NCBI RefSeq assembly: GCF_006345805.1
Contig: NC_042999.1
Span: forward strand, 127,472,001 to 127,536,000
Length of the DNA: 64,000 bases
DNA from: Octopus sinensis
Lineage: Eukaryota
Reading direction: 5' to 3'
Below the pieces are notes generated by a model, which did not search any database, was not told where the DNA came from, and saw nothing but the letters and a program-made list of their open reading frames with translations. Positions 50,361 to 63,390 of this stretch are shown one piece after another; the first letter of the stretch is position 1; each line of letters starts with the position of its first letter. Position numbers and translations under genes: made by a program.

Positions 50361-50994
50361 AGGGTTTAAAGAAAAAGAAGACCTGAGGTTATGGTAGAAA
50401 ACATTTGCATAAGGTATTGTGTGGTTGTGAAGAGAAACTCTTACCCCACATGGCTATGCCTATGCTCATTAGATAGTAGCATCAACAGTGATGTGAGACC
50501 CAATATATAAGGAAATTGGCACAGTAAAAGTAGTTGAAATAAAATATAATATAAACCAGATTATCTCTGAACAAACCTTTGATCAAAACCATTCCAATTA
50601 TAACCTCTTATCTTTTTAGCGTTATCCAGGGTAATACAATATCCAATGTATCCTTCTTTGTTTAAGATTATGGGTTTGATTTTGAAAGAGATTTTTACTG
50701 TTATTTCTAGTAGATTGAGTGAGTGCAGCAAGGCACCCTATTGACTTATGAAATAAATTGCAATTTATATTGTTTTAAATAAAGCTGATACTGAAGGATA
50801 GTATGATGAAAAAGGCTCCAGTATTCTTCTCTTTTATTGTTTCATTTGTTTTAGTCAGTTGGACTGTGGCTTTTGGCTTTTTAATAATAAGAAATAATTA
50901 AAAATGTTTATATATATGAAACAATGCTTCATATAAACTATACTACTATATATATATATATGTATGTGAATATGTCTGTATGTGTGTGTGTTAA

Positions 50995-51370
50995 CATCAT
51001 CATCATCATTTAATGTCTGTCATCCATGCTGTCATAATGTCTGTGAGAGCTGACAAGCTGGTGGGGTTGCACCAAACTCCAATCTGATTTGGCATGGTTT
51101 CTGTGGCTGGATGTCCTTCTTAATGCCATCCACTTTACAGAACGTGCTGGATGATTTTACATGGCACTGCACAGGCGTTTTTATGTGACACAGCATGGGC
51201 ACTTTTACACGTCATCGCACAGGTACTTTTATGTGATGCCACATTGGTGGTTTTTATGTGTCACGACATGGTTGCTTTTACAAGGCACTGCCATGAGTGC
51301 TTTACACCACCAGAAGGATTGGTTGTAACACTTCTGCTGTTGGGTTCAGGTCTTGAGTACAGCCAGATGC
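50995..51370 (-). mobile_element. Family D copy with expanded internal tandem motif
   Basis: catcatcatcatttaatgtc...ggctggatgtccttcttaatgcc followed by repeated gc/actttta(c/t)..g units. Confidence 0.75.
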
Positions 51371-51944
51371 CCGGTATCTCGGTCTTGTGTGTGTGTGTAA
51401 CACAATGCCACACAGTTTTTGTTTACCAGATTCTTTTGCAAAGAATTGGTTGGCTTGAGGCTATAGTGAAGACATGTGTCCAAGGTACCGTGCTATTGAA
51501 TTAAACCCCAAACTATATCATTGGAAAGCGAACTTCTTAACCACACAGCCCTACCCATGCCTTGAACTCAAAACCACATATATGTACCTTTTACTTTTGA
51601 GTTGTTTCTATTGTTAGACTGTGGCCATGCTGGGATACTTCCTTAAAGGATTTTGGTCAAACAAATTGACTTCTGTACTTATCTTTCCTTTTTAAGCCTT
51701 ATACTATTAGTCTTTTTTGCCAGAATGTGAAGTTACTAGAACATAAACAAACCAACTTTGGTTGTCAAGCAGTGATCAGGGATAAATAAAAAGACAAAGA
51801 CTTGTACATGCACACACTGTTTTTATGTTTAGTTATAATAAAAACAATTTGACTGCATACTTTTGTAGAGTACAAATTTATTATTCTTATACAAGAATGT
51901 TGCTGACAGTGACATTGAAGTTTTAGCCAGCTAAGCTATTATCA

Positions 51945-51948
<4 letters not shown>

Positions 51949-52033
<85 letters not shown>

Positions 52034-52200
52034 CGTGTATAACAGGCATCTTTCAGTTTCTGTCCACCAAATCCACTCACAAGGCTTTGGTCACCTCAGG
52101 GGTTATAGTACAGGACACTTGCCCAAGGTGCCATACAGTGGGACTGAACCTGGAACCATTATGCTTAGAGTCACTTCTCACCATACAGCTGTGCCTGCAT
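51949..52200 (-). mobile_element. SINE family A 5' half with long (TA)n(TG)n
   Basis: tttcagtttctgtccaccaaatccactcacaaggctttgg...gtgggactgaacctggaacc. Confidence 0.75.
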
Positions 52201-52626
52201 CTATATGTAGACAAAGAATATAGCATATTTTGGCTGGAGCAGAAGATATACATTGAAAAATAATATCTGCTGTTTTGTTATATGAGATCTTGGCTATATA
52301 GATATGTAAAATCTTTGAATCTACTGACTCAGCTATAGAAGGTTGTGTGTGTGTGTGGAGGGGGTGCATACCAGTGAGTCAGCATAGATTTGATCTGCAA
52401 CCATCCAGCCTCAGAGAATTCATCAGAGGTTTCATCTTGTGCTGAGGGTAATTCAATAAAGTCAAAAAAAAGAAAAATACCAATAATATTAGAAAATCTC
52501 TCAATTAATCGATATATTTATTAACAATATCCATTATCCTACCATCCAGTTATGAGTATGCGTATGTATGCACACACACACACACACTCATAACTGTGTG
52601 CATACACACAAATGCATGTGTGTATG

Positions 52627-52657
<31 letters not shown>

Positions 52658-53905
52658 CACGTGTGTGTATCAGAGAGAGAGAGAGAGAGGGAGAGAGTGA
52701 AGAAAGAAATCAATTTCTTGAAGGTTTGAATCATAGAAATCAAGTCACTCTATTAGATGCTTAATTTCATTATTCTTTTAGTTTTCTTTTATTAAATGTT
52801 TTATACACCACAAAGATATGCGCTTCATAAAAGTTAAGTTTCTTATCATTATTGAGATTTTTGTACTTAAACGCCTTCCATTGTAATTTTGTTAAAACCT
52901 TTTGTTATATTTTAAACATCACTGTCATCATCATCCTCATAGCATCTATTTTTCTATGCTTGTGTTAGCCAGATAAGAGTATGCTGGACAAAGTTTTCAA
53001 TGACCAGATGTCTTTCCTATCATTAACCTCCACTTTTTTCCAAGTGAGGTAATAATTTCCCAGTTTATCAAGCAACAGACTAAACCATGACATCTTTATG
53101 TAGAGAATTTGAAACAGTTGACAATGTATGAATGAACAAGCCTTTTGTTCACAAAGATTGCATAGCATGTCAAGACATATCAACAAGCCTGGATGAGCTT
53201 TCGTGGTGGACTGCAAGCTAACAACATTGTTAAAGAAACTATTGTTTATAATCAGTAAATGAGTACATGTTGTAATTAAGGAAATACAAACTAATTCGGA
53301 CAAACACACATGCACATATAAGAATTACAGACTACTTTCAGTTTATGTCTACTAAATCCATTCAAAAGGCTTTAGGCTGACTGAAGTCATTGTAGGAAGC
53401 ATTTGCTTAAGATGACATGCAATGAGACTGGATCCAAAATCACATGGTTGGGAGGTGGACGTCTTAACTACACAGCTATGCCTGTACCTATAATAACCTT
53501 TTGTTAAGATAATGTTTTCTATGTTTCAAATGTCTTGTTCCAAAATTACAAACTTATTTTATTAAATCAGTTCAAATAGCTGATGACTCGAAATTAATTG
53601 AAAGACGTAGGAAATTATTTCATGATGGAAACTATTACAAAAGTGATTTTATTAACAGTAATGTTTTTATTTTTTATGTGTCTTTTTTTTAAAAAGAAAC
53701 TGTTTAAGTAAATACTGATAAATGTATATTATCAATACTTAACAATGGACCAGCTATTCGAATTATAGATACCCCACTATGATAGATAGCCAGCTATCCT
53801 TCTTGTCGTATATAGAACTCCTAATCAATATATAACAAATGCTGTACATTTGTTTAGATAATTAAAAACCACCAGTCACATGGCATGCTCAAGTTTTATG
53901 TGAAC

Positions 53906-54263
53906 TTTACTCTTTGCAGTCATGCTGGAGCACTGCATTTAGTCAAACAAATCGACCCCAGGACTCATTCTTTCTAAGTCTAGTACTTATTCCATTGGTC
54001 TTTTTTGCTGAACCACTAAATTACAGGGACATAAATACGCTGGCATCAGTTGTCAAAGGATGGTGGGGGGACAAACACAGACACATGTATATACGACAGG
54101 CTTCTTTCAGTTTCCATCTACCAAATCCACTCACAAGACTTTGGTCAGTCCAAGGCTATAGTAGAAGACACTTGACACTTGCCCAAGATGACACACAGTG
54201 GGACTGAACCAGGAACCATGTGGTTGGTAAGCAACCTACTTTCCACACAGCCACTCCTGTGCC
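53906..54263 (-). mobile_element. Full-length SINE family A (short microsatellite)
   Basis: Tail, body and head (gggactgaacc, ccacacagccactcctgtgcc) in minus orientation. Confidence 0.88.
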
Positions 54264-54459
54264 TAAACTTGTCTGTTTTCTTTACAATTGATTCCATTTC
54301 TACAGGATTATGGTTAATGTTGTTAGCCTTTCTCATCCATTCTGATGTCGGTTTTGCTTCTGCTATGGCGAGATAGAAATTTGCAGTTTACAGCTATTTG
54401 ATTTCTTGTTCCTATACTTGTGATTACGAAATAAGCAAATTACAAAACTTGAAACTTCT

Positions 54460-54925
54460 AGCAAGAATATGCAGGCAGAGAAAGTCACTGGCCCATCAGG
54501 AATTACCCCTGAAATGCTTAAAGCATCTTGTGGGGTAGCATACAGCCTAGTCACTCACATAGTTAATCAGGTTAGAAAGGAAAGCATCATACATTACAAC
54601 TGGCATAGCAGTATAATAGTTAACAGTTACAAGGGTAAAGGAGCTGCCTTAAACAGAAGTAATTATAAGGGTATCGAATTACTGGACCAGATCATGTACA
54701 TTACTGAAAGTGGTATATTGGAAGGAGAATTTGGTTTTGTGCCAGGGAGGTATACTACCAACGCTCCCTTTTTAATAAGACAATTGTAGAGAAGTATTTA
54801 GCTAAAAGTAAGCTATTGTACTTGACTTTTGGCAACCTTTAGAAAAGCTTCCGCAGGGTTTCTTCCTCTGTTAACTGGTAGTCTCTCAAGAAGCTAGAGA
54901 TAGGTGACTGTCATGAGAGAGCCAT
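54460..54925 (+). mobile_element. RTE LINE reverse transcriptase N-terminal fragment (pseudogenised)
   Basis: KVTGPSGITPEMLK...WHSSIIVNSYKGKGAALNRSNYKGIELL...FGFVPGRYTTNAPFLIRQL*EKYLAK...SLKKL follows the RTE RT motifs GPSGI..EMLK, YKGKGD..R.NYRGIKLL, FGF.PGR.TTDAIF..RQLQEKY. In-frame stops and an internal deletion. Confidence 0.92.
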
Positions 54926-54951
54926 ATATATATAATGTATACATATATATT

Positions 54952-55060
54952 TATGGGAAGATGAAAGGAGGCATAACGTCACTATCACTAATGATCACTC
55001 CAAACATCATGATGTTGACTGGATGTTTTATTTTTATCACTCTTGTTACATGCACTGTCT
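54952..55060 (-). mobile_element. Tc1/mariner DD37D (maT-like) transposase fragment
   Basis: Translates RVIKIKHPVNIMMFGVIISDSDVMPPFIFP*, resembling the KHP..IMVFGV..SDG.VMPPFIF motif of that group. Confidence 0.75.
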
Positions 55061-56450
55061 TCAGATTGACACCCAAACAATGAAATATTCATATTGGAGC
55101 TTCAGGCGTGAATTCCAAGCTTTACAGCAGGTTGTTTGCAAATTTCTGGCAGAGTGAATTGCGTCATGATGCTGTTCTTCTCACAGACGGTATCCAACTG
55201 ACCCTAGTCAACAAAATCAAAAATATACAGTGTGCATGCACAAAATTAAAATTATAGAATGTGTGTGTGTGTATATACACACATATATATATATTCTAGT
55301 CTATTTACAAGCTTTGCCTATTTTGTGATTTACTTATAGGCTTATACTGTTGCTCGTCAATCCTTCCTGTATTGCCAGTTATCACCTTCTTCATGAGCTG
55401 TTTCTTTCACCTTCTCCTTCACACTCCAGTTATATACATCATTCACCACATTATCTTTTACCCCATCCATAGCCACCTGTCACTCTCCTCTCACACATAT
55501 ATGTACTTATCCACCCACACCTCCCCATCTTCACTCTATATTCTTTCTCATATTCACCTTCTTGTACTTTGTATGCTCCGATACCTCATTACCAACATCT
55601 CTGTCTTCATTCCAGCTATTTTCACCTTAATATATAAGCATATATGAATATACACGTTAACACATATTACACACACACACACACATGTATTTTCCTCAAA
55701 TATTATGTGTTCAGGTTTTTTGTATCGTATTTTATGCAAAAAATCTCATCTGTATCAAATACCATTTCAACAAATTTGTGTGTGTTCACCACCACCCCAC
55801 ATACTCACACACGCAACCACAAAATCTTGGTATTGAATAGAATGAGGCATAGATTTGCAAAAGAAGAAAAATGCTAAAATAAAATAAATGTACCAACCAA
55901 CCAAAATAAAAAAAAAAGAAGTAAATAAAATCATTAAAGAAAACAAAAATGATACGTAAAATACAAATTAAAAAATACAAAAAGAAAAAGCTTCTGCTCC
56001 AATTATACATGTTGTAACAAAGAGAATCTTATACACTTTATATATTCAGAACAGAACTACCCTATACTTTTGGGTGGTGCCAACTGTAGCCAGGCATGGT
56101 ACAAAAAGACAAACCATAATGGTGGTTTTTTTTTTTGAATGCACGTGTGTGCATGATGATGTGTGTATGTGTGTGTGCATGATGTATGTAAGTGCCATGA
56201 TTGTGCGTGCGTGTGTGTGTGTGTGGGGGGGGGGGAGATAGCGAATGCATGTAATATACTGTGAGAATGAATGAAGGAGGAAAAAAATTGAAAATTTCTT
56301 AATGTTTTGAAATTTTCCTGTCATGATGTTTCTTACATTATGTGGGTTTATTTGTTTTTTAATTGTGTATTATATATCAGACATAGAAGGTAAAATAATG
56401 TAAGTAGTATAATTTAAATAAAACAGCAGCTAATATGACACCCCACTGTG

Positions 56451-56557
<107 letters not shown>

Positions 56558-57300
56558 AGGCAGATAAACACAAGTCAGCTGAATGAATATATTTACATGG
56601 AATTCAAAATACAGAGTAAGAAATAAATACAGATTAAATGAAAAATTATATGTAATAGTCTTCTCTTGACTGCTGTTTTGAGTGAACCATGGCTTATGCT
56701 GTAACCACGTTTATTAGATAACAAAACCCATAGTGTCTTAGGTGTATGGAATAACATGAGTTCCTATGGATCCAAGGCAAGGTCAAATATATATGTACGT
56801 GTGTGTGTGTGTGTATCTGTGTGAGTGTGTGTGTATTTAAGGTTAACCTGGCCTAAATCCAGTAAAATAGTATAATATATCAGTAAAATAACATAATATA
56901 CCAGTCTTAGGTTTGATTCAATATAATCACTTATAACCGAAACACAGTGATCCAGTATAGCCACAGTCCAATTGCTGGAACAGATTTTGTTTGCTTGCTT
57001 GCATTATATGTATATACGTGTATATGTGTGTGTAGTGCCTGTATATTCTTCTGTTTTAATTATTTGAAATCTTTTTGTAAGGAAGGGACAAGTTTCTAAG
57101 GAAGATACAAAGCCTCATCATTGGATTGTAGAAAAAAAAACTTGAGAAAATTATTGAATATTTTTACTGTTCCACTGATAGATTATATTTGCAATATTCG
57201 TCTTCATTGGTTGATTTCTTTTTCTGAAAACCTTAGCTTTCCAAGATTGACTTCAGCATCTACTTATAAAACAAACTGCATAAATTATTATTAGTATATA

Positions 57301-58980
57301 CGTGAATATATAATCATCGGGGTATAGTAGCTGGAAGTTTCGAAAGTTGTCTGTAGTTCTCTTTGATTTACGAAGTGTTACTTACATCACTAAGGCAACT
57401 GACACTGGCTACTTGACCAAATATGTGAACGGAGTCAATGCGCGCGTACACACACACACACGTACAGGCTCTCTATTCACATATTTGGCCAAGTAGTCTT
57501 GGGATTCAATTGAAGTTGCATTAGTTATTGTGGCAGCAATTGTGAAGTGTTTGTAGGTTGTGTTTAAATTTTAGTTCATATGTTTATAAATAATTAAAGC
57601 TCAATTATGTGTGTGTGTGTATAACTAATGTTAAAATTAATCATTTCAAACATTCAAGTCTAGTAATTCTTCAAAATGGATCTTAGTCGCCTATTTAATC
57701 TGCTACTTGTGGTCAGTACTTGTTTTCTCCCCACCAGCAAGAGGGAAAGACAAAACTCGACGCCCGTGGGATTTGAGCTCAGATTTTAAAGGGACATAAC
57801 TATTAGATTCCGAAAATTTTTTGCCATCCTCTGTTTTAAACGAAGGTAGAAAATAATTTAATAAAGAAGCAAAATAAAAACCAAAGGTTTAGATGCATCA
57901 GGGGGGAAAAAAAGAGTAAATAATGACATTACAGCGAGGAGTGGTGATTAGAAATGAGTTTCAAAACGATTGGAAAACGTAATACAACGAGATGGAAACG
58001 AAGTATCTGCTATTTATATGTCATATGGTATATCCTTTCTGTCACTTGAACTTCTTTAAAATAGTAAATTACCAGTTGATAAATTTTAATGCCACGTCAC
58101 AACTAGGAATTCGTTTCTTACACCCACGCCCCCTACTTTTAAAAACTGTCCCATTTACTGTGAGTGTACTATATAGGATGTGACACACGCATTTTAACGC
58201 GCACGCACAGACACTCACACACAGGATTTTCTAAGTTGTAGATTCGCATCCTAGAATTAAACTTCCTGTAAAGCACTATTTCTTACTTTAAATGGTTGCT
58301 TGTGATACGAAATGCGTCACTCGACTAAATCGTAATTGTTTAATCCTTAGTCCCAGGTGAGCTCAGATAAGGCGAGGTCATTTCGAATATTGACCACCCT
58401 CACTTATTCTAGTTTTTGTCTAGGTCTACATATTTAAGGTGTTTTTTTGTTTTGTTTTTAAAGATTGTAAGTAATATGAGAGCTAATGAAATATTCAGTT
58501 ACTGTTTTTAGCAGGTCAAGCGTAGAAGCTTCCTCCTTGACTCACGACCATTAATTAATTTAACTATTAAGTTACAAGATGTCGGTTAGAAAGTAATATA
58601 AATGTGAACGATATCTCTGAACGTTCGTTTCAGCCAGTTTTAAACTGTAATATCATACTTCCTACTCTTACTGCTCATGTATTGAAATACTAGTTTATTA
58701 AGTTTAACGATATGTTGAAAAATAAAGCTCTAAATTTCAGAGAATATTTTCTTTTTTTTCTCTCGTGCGTAAAAGCAAACTTTTAATAAATACAAAATAT
58801 CTTTATTGAATCTATAATTTTCAAAACAACAAATGTCTGGAAACGGAGAAGTAAGGGAGGTAACTCTATGTTTTAAGCTGGGATTCTCTACTCCTCGTTC
58901 CGTTCAACACTGTCAGCAGCCAGCAAGGTCACTGAGACATATTTTTTTTTCTGTAGCCAGTGCACTCCGTTCATTAGAAT
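57301..58980. promoter_or_regulatory. CpG-enriched, SINE-poor promoter-like block
   Basis: Manual count of about 45 CpG in 1.7 kb versus about 5 in the first 1.7 kb of the window, mostly outside young repeats; CRE-like acgtca (58094) and gcgtca (~58314). Promoter function is inferred. Confidence 0.55.
58833..58859 (+). CDS. Candidate first coding exon (MSGNGEVRE, or MSGNGE if the upstream donor is used; phase 0)
   Basis: caacaaATG context at the 3' edge of the CpG block; two donors, GAA|GTAAGG (58851) and GAG|GTAACT (58860). Protein not identified. Confidence 0.4.
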
Positions 58981-60029
58981 TGATTTTGCAATAAAAAAAA
59001 AATCTCAGACAAAACAACTGGCAAAGGAAATCCTTTTAAGTAAAAGGAGGAGGGGATGATGACTTCAGATCCTTCTTTTTTAATGAGTGTTGCTGTTAGT
59101 AATACATCAGGCCAGCAAAAAGATTGGGGTGGGGGAGGAAAAGAGTGGAGTTTAGGAAAGAGACATTAAAAGGGTTTCGCTTTTTGCTTTATGTGTGTTG
59201 TTTAGCTTTAAGTGCAGGTTGAAATATTTTTTTAAATTAATATTTTGAAGCCTTGTAACCAAACACGACACGTGTTTTGTTGTTTTAGTGTTATTGTCTC
59301 TTTCGTCAGGATAATAATATTTTTCAAACAATTTCAAAACTATATTATTCAGCATCATTATTGAATTAATCAATGAAATTTTAAAGATAAACTTGTAATC
59401 GAAATGAAAAGCAAAAAATATTTAAAATCTAGAATTATTGTTGGTCTGATATTTATTTTATTTATTTAGATGGGAAACGAAGAATGTATATATTAGCAAT
59501 TCATTGAATTTAAAATAATTTCGGCTCGAGTGAGGGTGGGTAGGCATTCAATCACCAAAGTTCTCTGGGAAGGAAAATGTTCTGATGTATAAAAAAAAAA
59601 CAACATCTAGTGAGATCTCACCCCCATCTCATGGCATGTGTAATTTTTTATTTTTTTATTTTTGCACAAGATTCAGGCTCAGATTTTTTGGGAATGAGAA
59701 ATGTGATGATATTCATGCCTTTTCCAAGACATTTGTAAACAATGGTGTTCTTTGAAATGACTGGATCTGATATTAAAGGAAGATAGCAATTATACTCACT
59801 TTAGAAGTCAACAATAGACAAAGCTATTAAGGATTTGCCATTCTGTTATCGTTGGATCAGACATGAAACTTGAGATTTTTCTTTTTCTTTTTATTATTTT
59901 CACTATTAAGTGGCCTGCTCTTGAACATTGAGACTTCGGCTGCTGAATCATGGACTCAGTTTGTCTCGATTTTACTCCTATAGCTTTGATTATTTGTAAT
60001 GTTGATCTCTTAGAAGAGACATTATCAAA

Positions 60030-60482
60030 TTCTTGAAGGCAATGCTGCAGCCTAATGGCTGTAACAAGTAAAAGATACACACACACACACACACACGCAC
60101 ACACACACACACACACATACACACACACATGCACACATACAAGCATACACAAATACACATGACAGGCTTCTTTCAGTTTCTGTCTACCAAATCCTCCCAG
60201 CAGAAAATATTTGCTCAAGAAGTCATTTAGTAGGGAAGCAAATTTTATACATGTATTTGTATAAAGCCTCAGTATTTTATCATAGAATTTTCCATATACA
60301 TATACATGGGCTAAACAGAATTTAACAAGGCACATTTTCTGTCACCTGTCTATGATATCCACTTACAAGGCTTTGATTGTTCAGGGCTATTATAGAAGAC
60401 ACTTGCCTAATGTGCAATGTAGTGGGACAGAATCCATGTATTTGGGAAGCAAACTTCTTAACCACACAACCATGCCCTGTGC
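60030..60482 (-). mobile_element. SINE family A, interrupted near 60196-60340
   Basis: Tail and (CA)n at 60030-60195; head resumes at ~60340 (acaaggctttgattg...gtgggacagaatcc...accacacaaccatgccc). Confidence 0.7.
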
Positions 60483-60783
60483 ACACACACACACACACAA
60501 CACACAAACACAAAATCAATGGCATATCCTGCATGAATGTAAGGCATGCTGTGCATGCCTAAGATATATAAATGATTGTAAATAATAAATCCTATTTTAA
60601 CATATGTCTTTCATTTTTATGAGAGGTAGCTGGAGAGAGAGCACATAAATGCTCTATGTATACAGCATCAATTATATGGCTTTGATATTTAAAATTCCAA
60701 GCTCTGTCTAAAGCATAGTCTGCTCCAATATAAATATATGTCTGATAAAAGGCGCAGACGTTTGTGTGTGTGGATGGATATGG

Positions 60784-60814
<31 letters not shown>

Positions 60815-60985
60815 TATATTGATAGTTATTCGTGGGTAGTAAAGAGCTCGATACTTTCAGTGACTAATAGTTTCAATTCGAGCATGTGCTGCTGCACATG
60901 ATGATGTTACAAATTACTGTGAGGTATTGAAATTTTGCAATATCCACTATAATATATTTGTGTATGTAGTGTTGTGTGTGTGTGT

Positions 60986-61027
<42 letters not shown>

Positions 61028-61726
61028 TATATATATGCAATACCTACATGTATTTATGCACTGCACTACAAACACACACATATATATATAGGTGTATATG
61101 AGAGAGAGAGAGAGAGATAATGTAACATATAATATTTTACATATGTAATATAATGCATACATTTATAATAGCTGGACACTCGATATTGACTAGTTTAATT
61201 CAGTTTAAAATATAATCATTCAAATGATTATATTTCTTCACTCTCGGTCCAATGAGCCATTTGTTTTGCGTGGATAATCTCACATGAGCAGAAGCTAAAG
61301 AAGAGAAAGAAGAGAATATTTGGTATTCATTCTTTCCAAATAGTTCAATGACCTTTTCTCTGTTGGTGTACATGTGTTGTTTTTTTTATCTTGGAGGTTT
61401 ATCTTATAGACTGGCCCACTTTAAACTTTTCATATTTAAATAATGTAAATAAACTTTACTTTTCATTGATTGTAAATATAAACATTCCATTTTTTTTTTT
61501 CTTTTGTTAGATTTTTATAACTTTTAAAAGCAAACTTCATCAATTTAACGACACTCATCTGTTTGAAAATTTCTTTCTGTTTTTTGTTTTCCCCCCATCA
61601 TTAGCATTTTTTGTGTATATGTGTGTATGTTTTTTGCTGTAGAAGTGAATATGAATTATTAATAACCAAATAAATTATATCATGAAAACAGGTTCATCTT
61701 CTGCTTAGTAGCAGTAGTTGTCGTTG

Positions 61727-61776
<50 letters not shown>

Positions 61777-62262
61777 AAAATCTAACCTTCTACATCACAT
61801 CGTTTTTCTTTAATGTCTGACAAATGGTTTCCTGCTCTTTGCTTTGTGCTCCAGATTATTGCTGTGCTATCTTTTGATTATTCAGCCATGTATAATGAAA
61901 TGGCCTCAACTCATTATATTGTATTATTATTATCATCATCACCATCATCATAAGTTTTTTAAAATTCTTATCCTCCTCCACTCTCTTGGAGAGTATTATT
62001 TTATAGAAACACACTCTCTAAAATAAATTTCTGTCTTGTATTTTAATGTTTTCTTTCTTATCACTCTCTTCCCTTCTTTTTCTCTAAAACCATCATTCCT
62101 TGTTTCTTTCTCTTCTTTTTTATCCTTTCTCCTTTCTCTCCTTATTTCTCATTTTCTCCCTCCTTGCTTTTTTCATATTTGTTTGCTTATTTTTCTTTCT
62201 CATCTCCTCTTCATCTATTTTGCCCCCCCCCCTCCCCAATCATCATTCTCCCATACTCACAG

Positions 62263-62359
62263 ACAAACTGATATTATGCATTTTATTAAACTGCTCGTAC
62301 AGGAGCAAATAAAAAAAAAATCAAAATCTAAATTAAACCCAACCAAATCGAACCGGAAG
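62263..62359 (+). CDS. Candidate exon (QTDIMHFIKLLVQEQIKKKSKSKLNPTKSNRK)
   Basis: Follows a ~200-nt pyrimidine tract; acceptor ctcacag| (62262) or gtacag| (62302), donor AAG|GTAAAA (62360); one frame open throughout. Confidence 0.25.
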
Positions 62360-63262
62360 GTAAAATAAACCCTATACAAAAATAGAGTATATCTTTGCTA
62401 ATAAAGACAGCTTTTGTTGTTTTTTAAATTTTTTATTATTTTTTTTTGATTTTGTGGAAAAATCACTTCTAGATAATATTGTGCATAAAGAGATAAAGAT
62501 TGCCCAACATAGCTTCATGTAATCTCTTTGGAATTTCAAGCTTTAAAATCTGATAGCCATCTTAGTGTGGGGTTTGAAGATAACAAGCAAACCCTATAGA
62601 GAAAAGAGTCTGACTGTGACTATTTTATCTTTCTGTAACAAAAGATGCTAGTTTTTCCCCTCCTCTTCTTTGCAATCTCTATAATTAGTGAGGCTGGGGA
62701 ATGAAGTAGTACTTTTCTTTTTCGTAGTGTAGTATAAGCTAGGGAAGTAGAAGGTTTTTCCTTTCTTTCTTTCTTTCTTTCTATATATATTTATTTGTTT
62801 GTTTATTTAGTTTTCTTTTGGCTAAGTATGTACCACAATTGAACTATTCTTTTTTTTTCATTTCTTTTCTTTGTTTTGTTTTGTTAAATAATTGGCTACC
62901 TTGAAGTTAACAGTTGTTGTCTGCATTGTTTTAAATATGAATCTTACTTGGCAAATTGTTGTATTGTTGGCAAAGTCCTTGAGTTAAACAGTTGGAAACT
63001 TTGTTCTAGATATCTCTGCATAGCTTCTAAGTCAGTTGCTGTTGTATTTACTGAGTTACTACTTGTGTACATTGTATTAGATATCTACAACATATCTTAG
63101 AGTCAGTTGTTAGATTTCTAAACTGACTTACTGCTTTCTTTTTGTATAGATTGTAAAGCGGTGAATTGGTAGAATCAGAACATTGGATAAAATACTTTAA
63201 AAGTATTCATTCCAGCTCTCTGGGTTCATATCGCACTGATGTCCACTTGGATTTTGGAGCTG

Positions 63263-63264
<2 letters not shown>

Positions 63265-63327
<63 letters not shown>

Positions 63328-63390
63328 GCTCCTCTCTCACGCTCTCGCTCCTCTCTCACTCTCTCTCTCTCTCTCTCTCACTCTCTCTCA
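63265..63390. repeat. (CT)n microsatellite
   Basis: Directly visible. Confidence 0.95.

Noticed and set aside
59050-59150. Box C/D snoRNA (ATGATGA at 59056)
   Set aside because: No box D (CTGA) or terminal stem at a suitable distance.
59863-59931. Signal-peptide-like MKLEIFLFLFIIFTIKWPALEH
   Set aside because: It stops after 22 codons with no good donor; the hydrophobicity comes from a T-rich tract.
61844-61955. Exon after acceptor-like gctccag (IIAVLSFDYSAMYNEMASTHY...)
   Set aside because: No convincing donor; the frame runs into a simple repeat and a stop.
63000-63130. miRNA-like hairpin (agtcagtt..taga/tcta..aactgact)
   Set aside because: The stem is only ~12 bp with a bulge and a tiny loop, within a degenerate local duplication; too short for a pre-miRNA.
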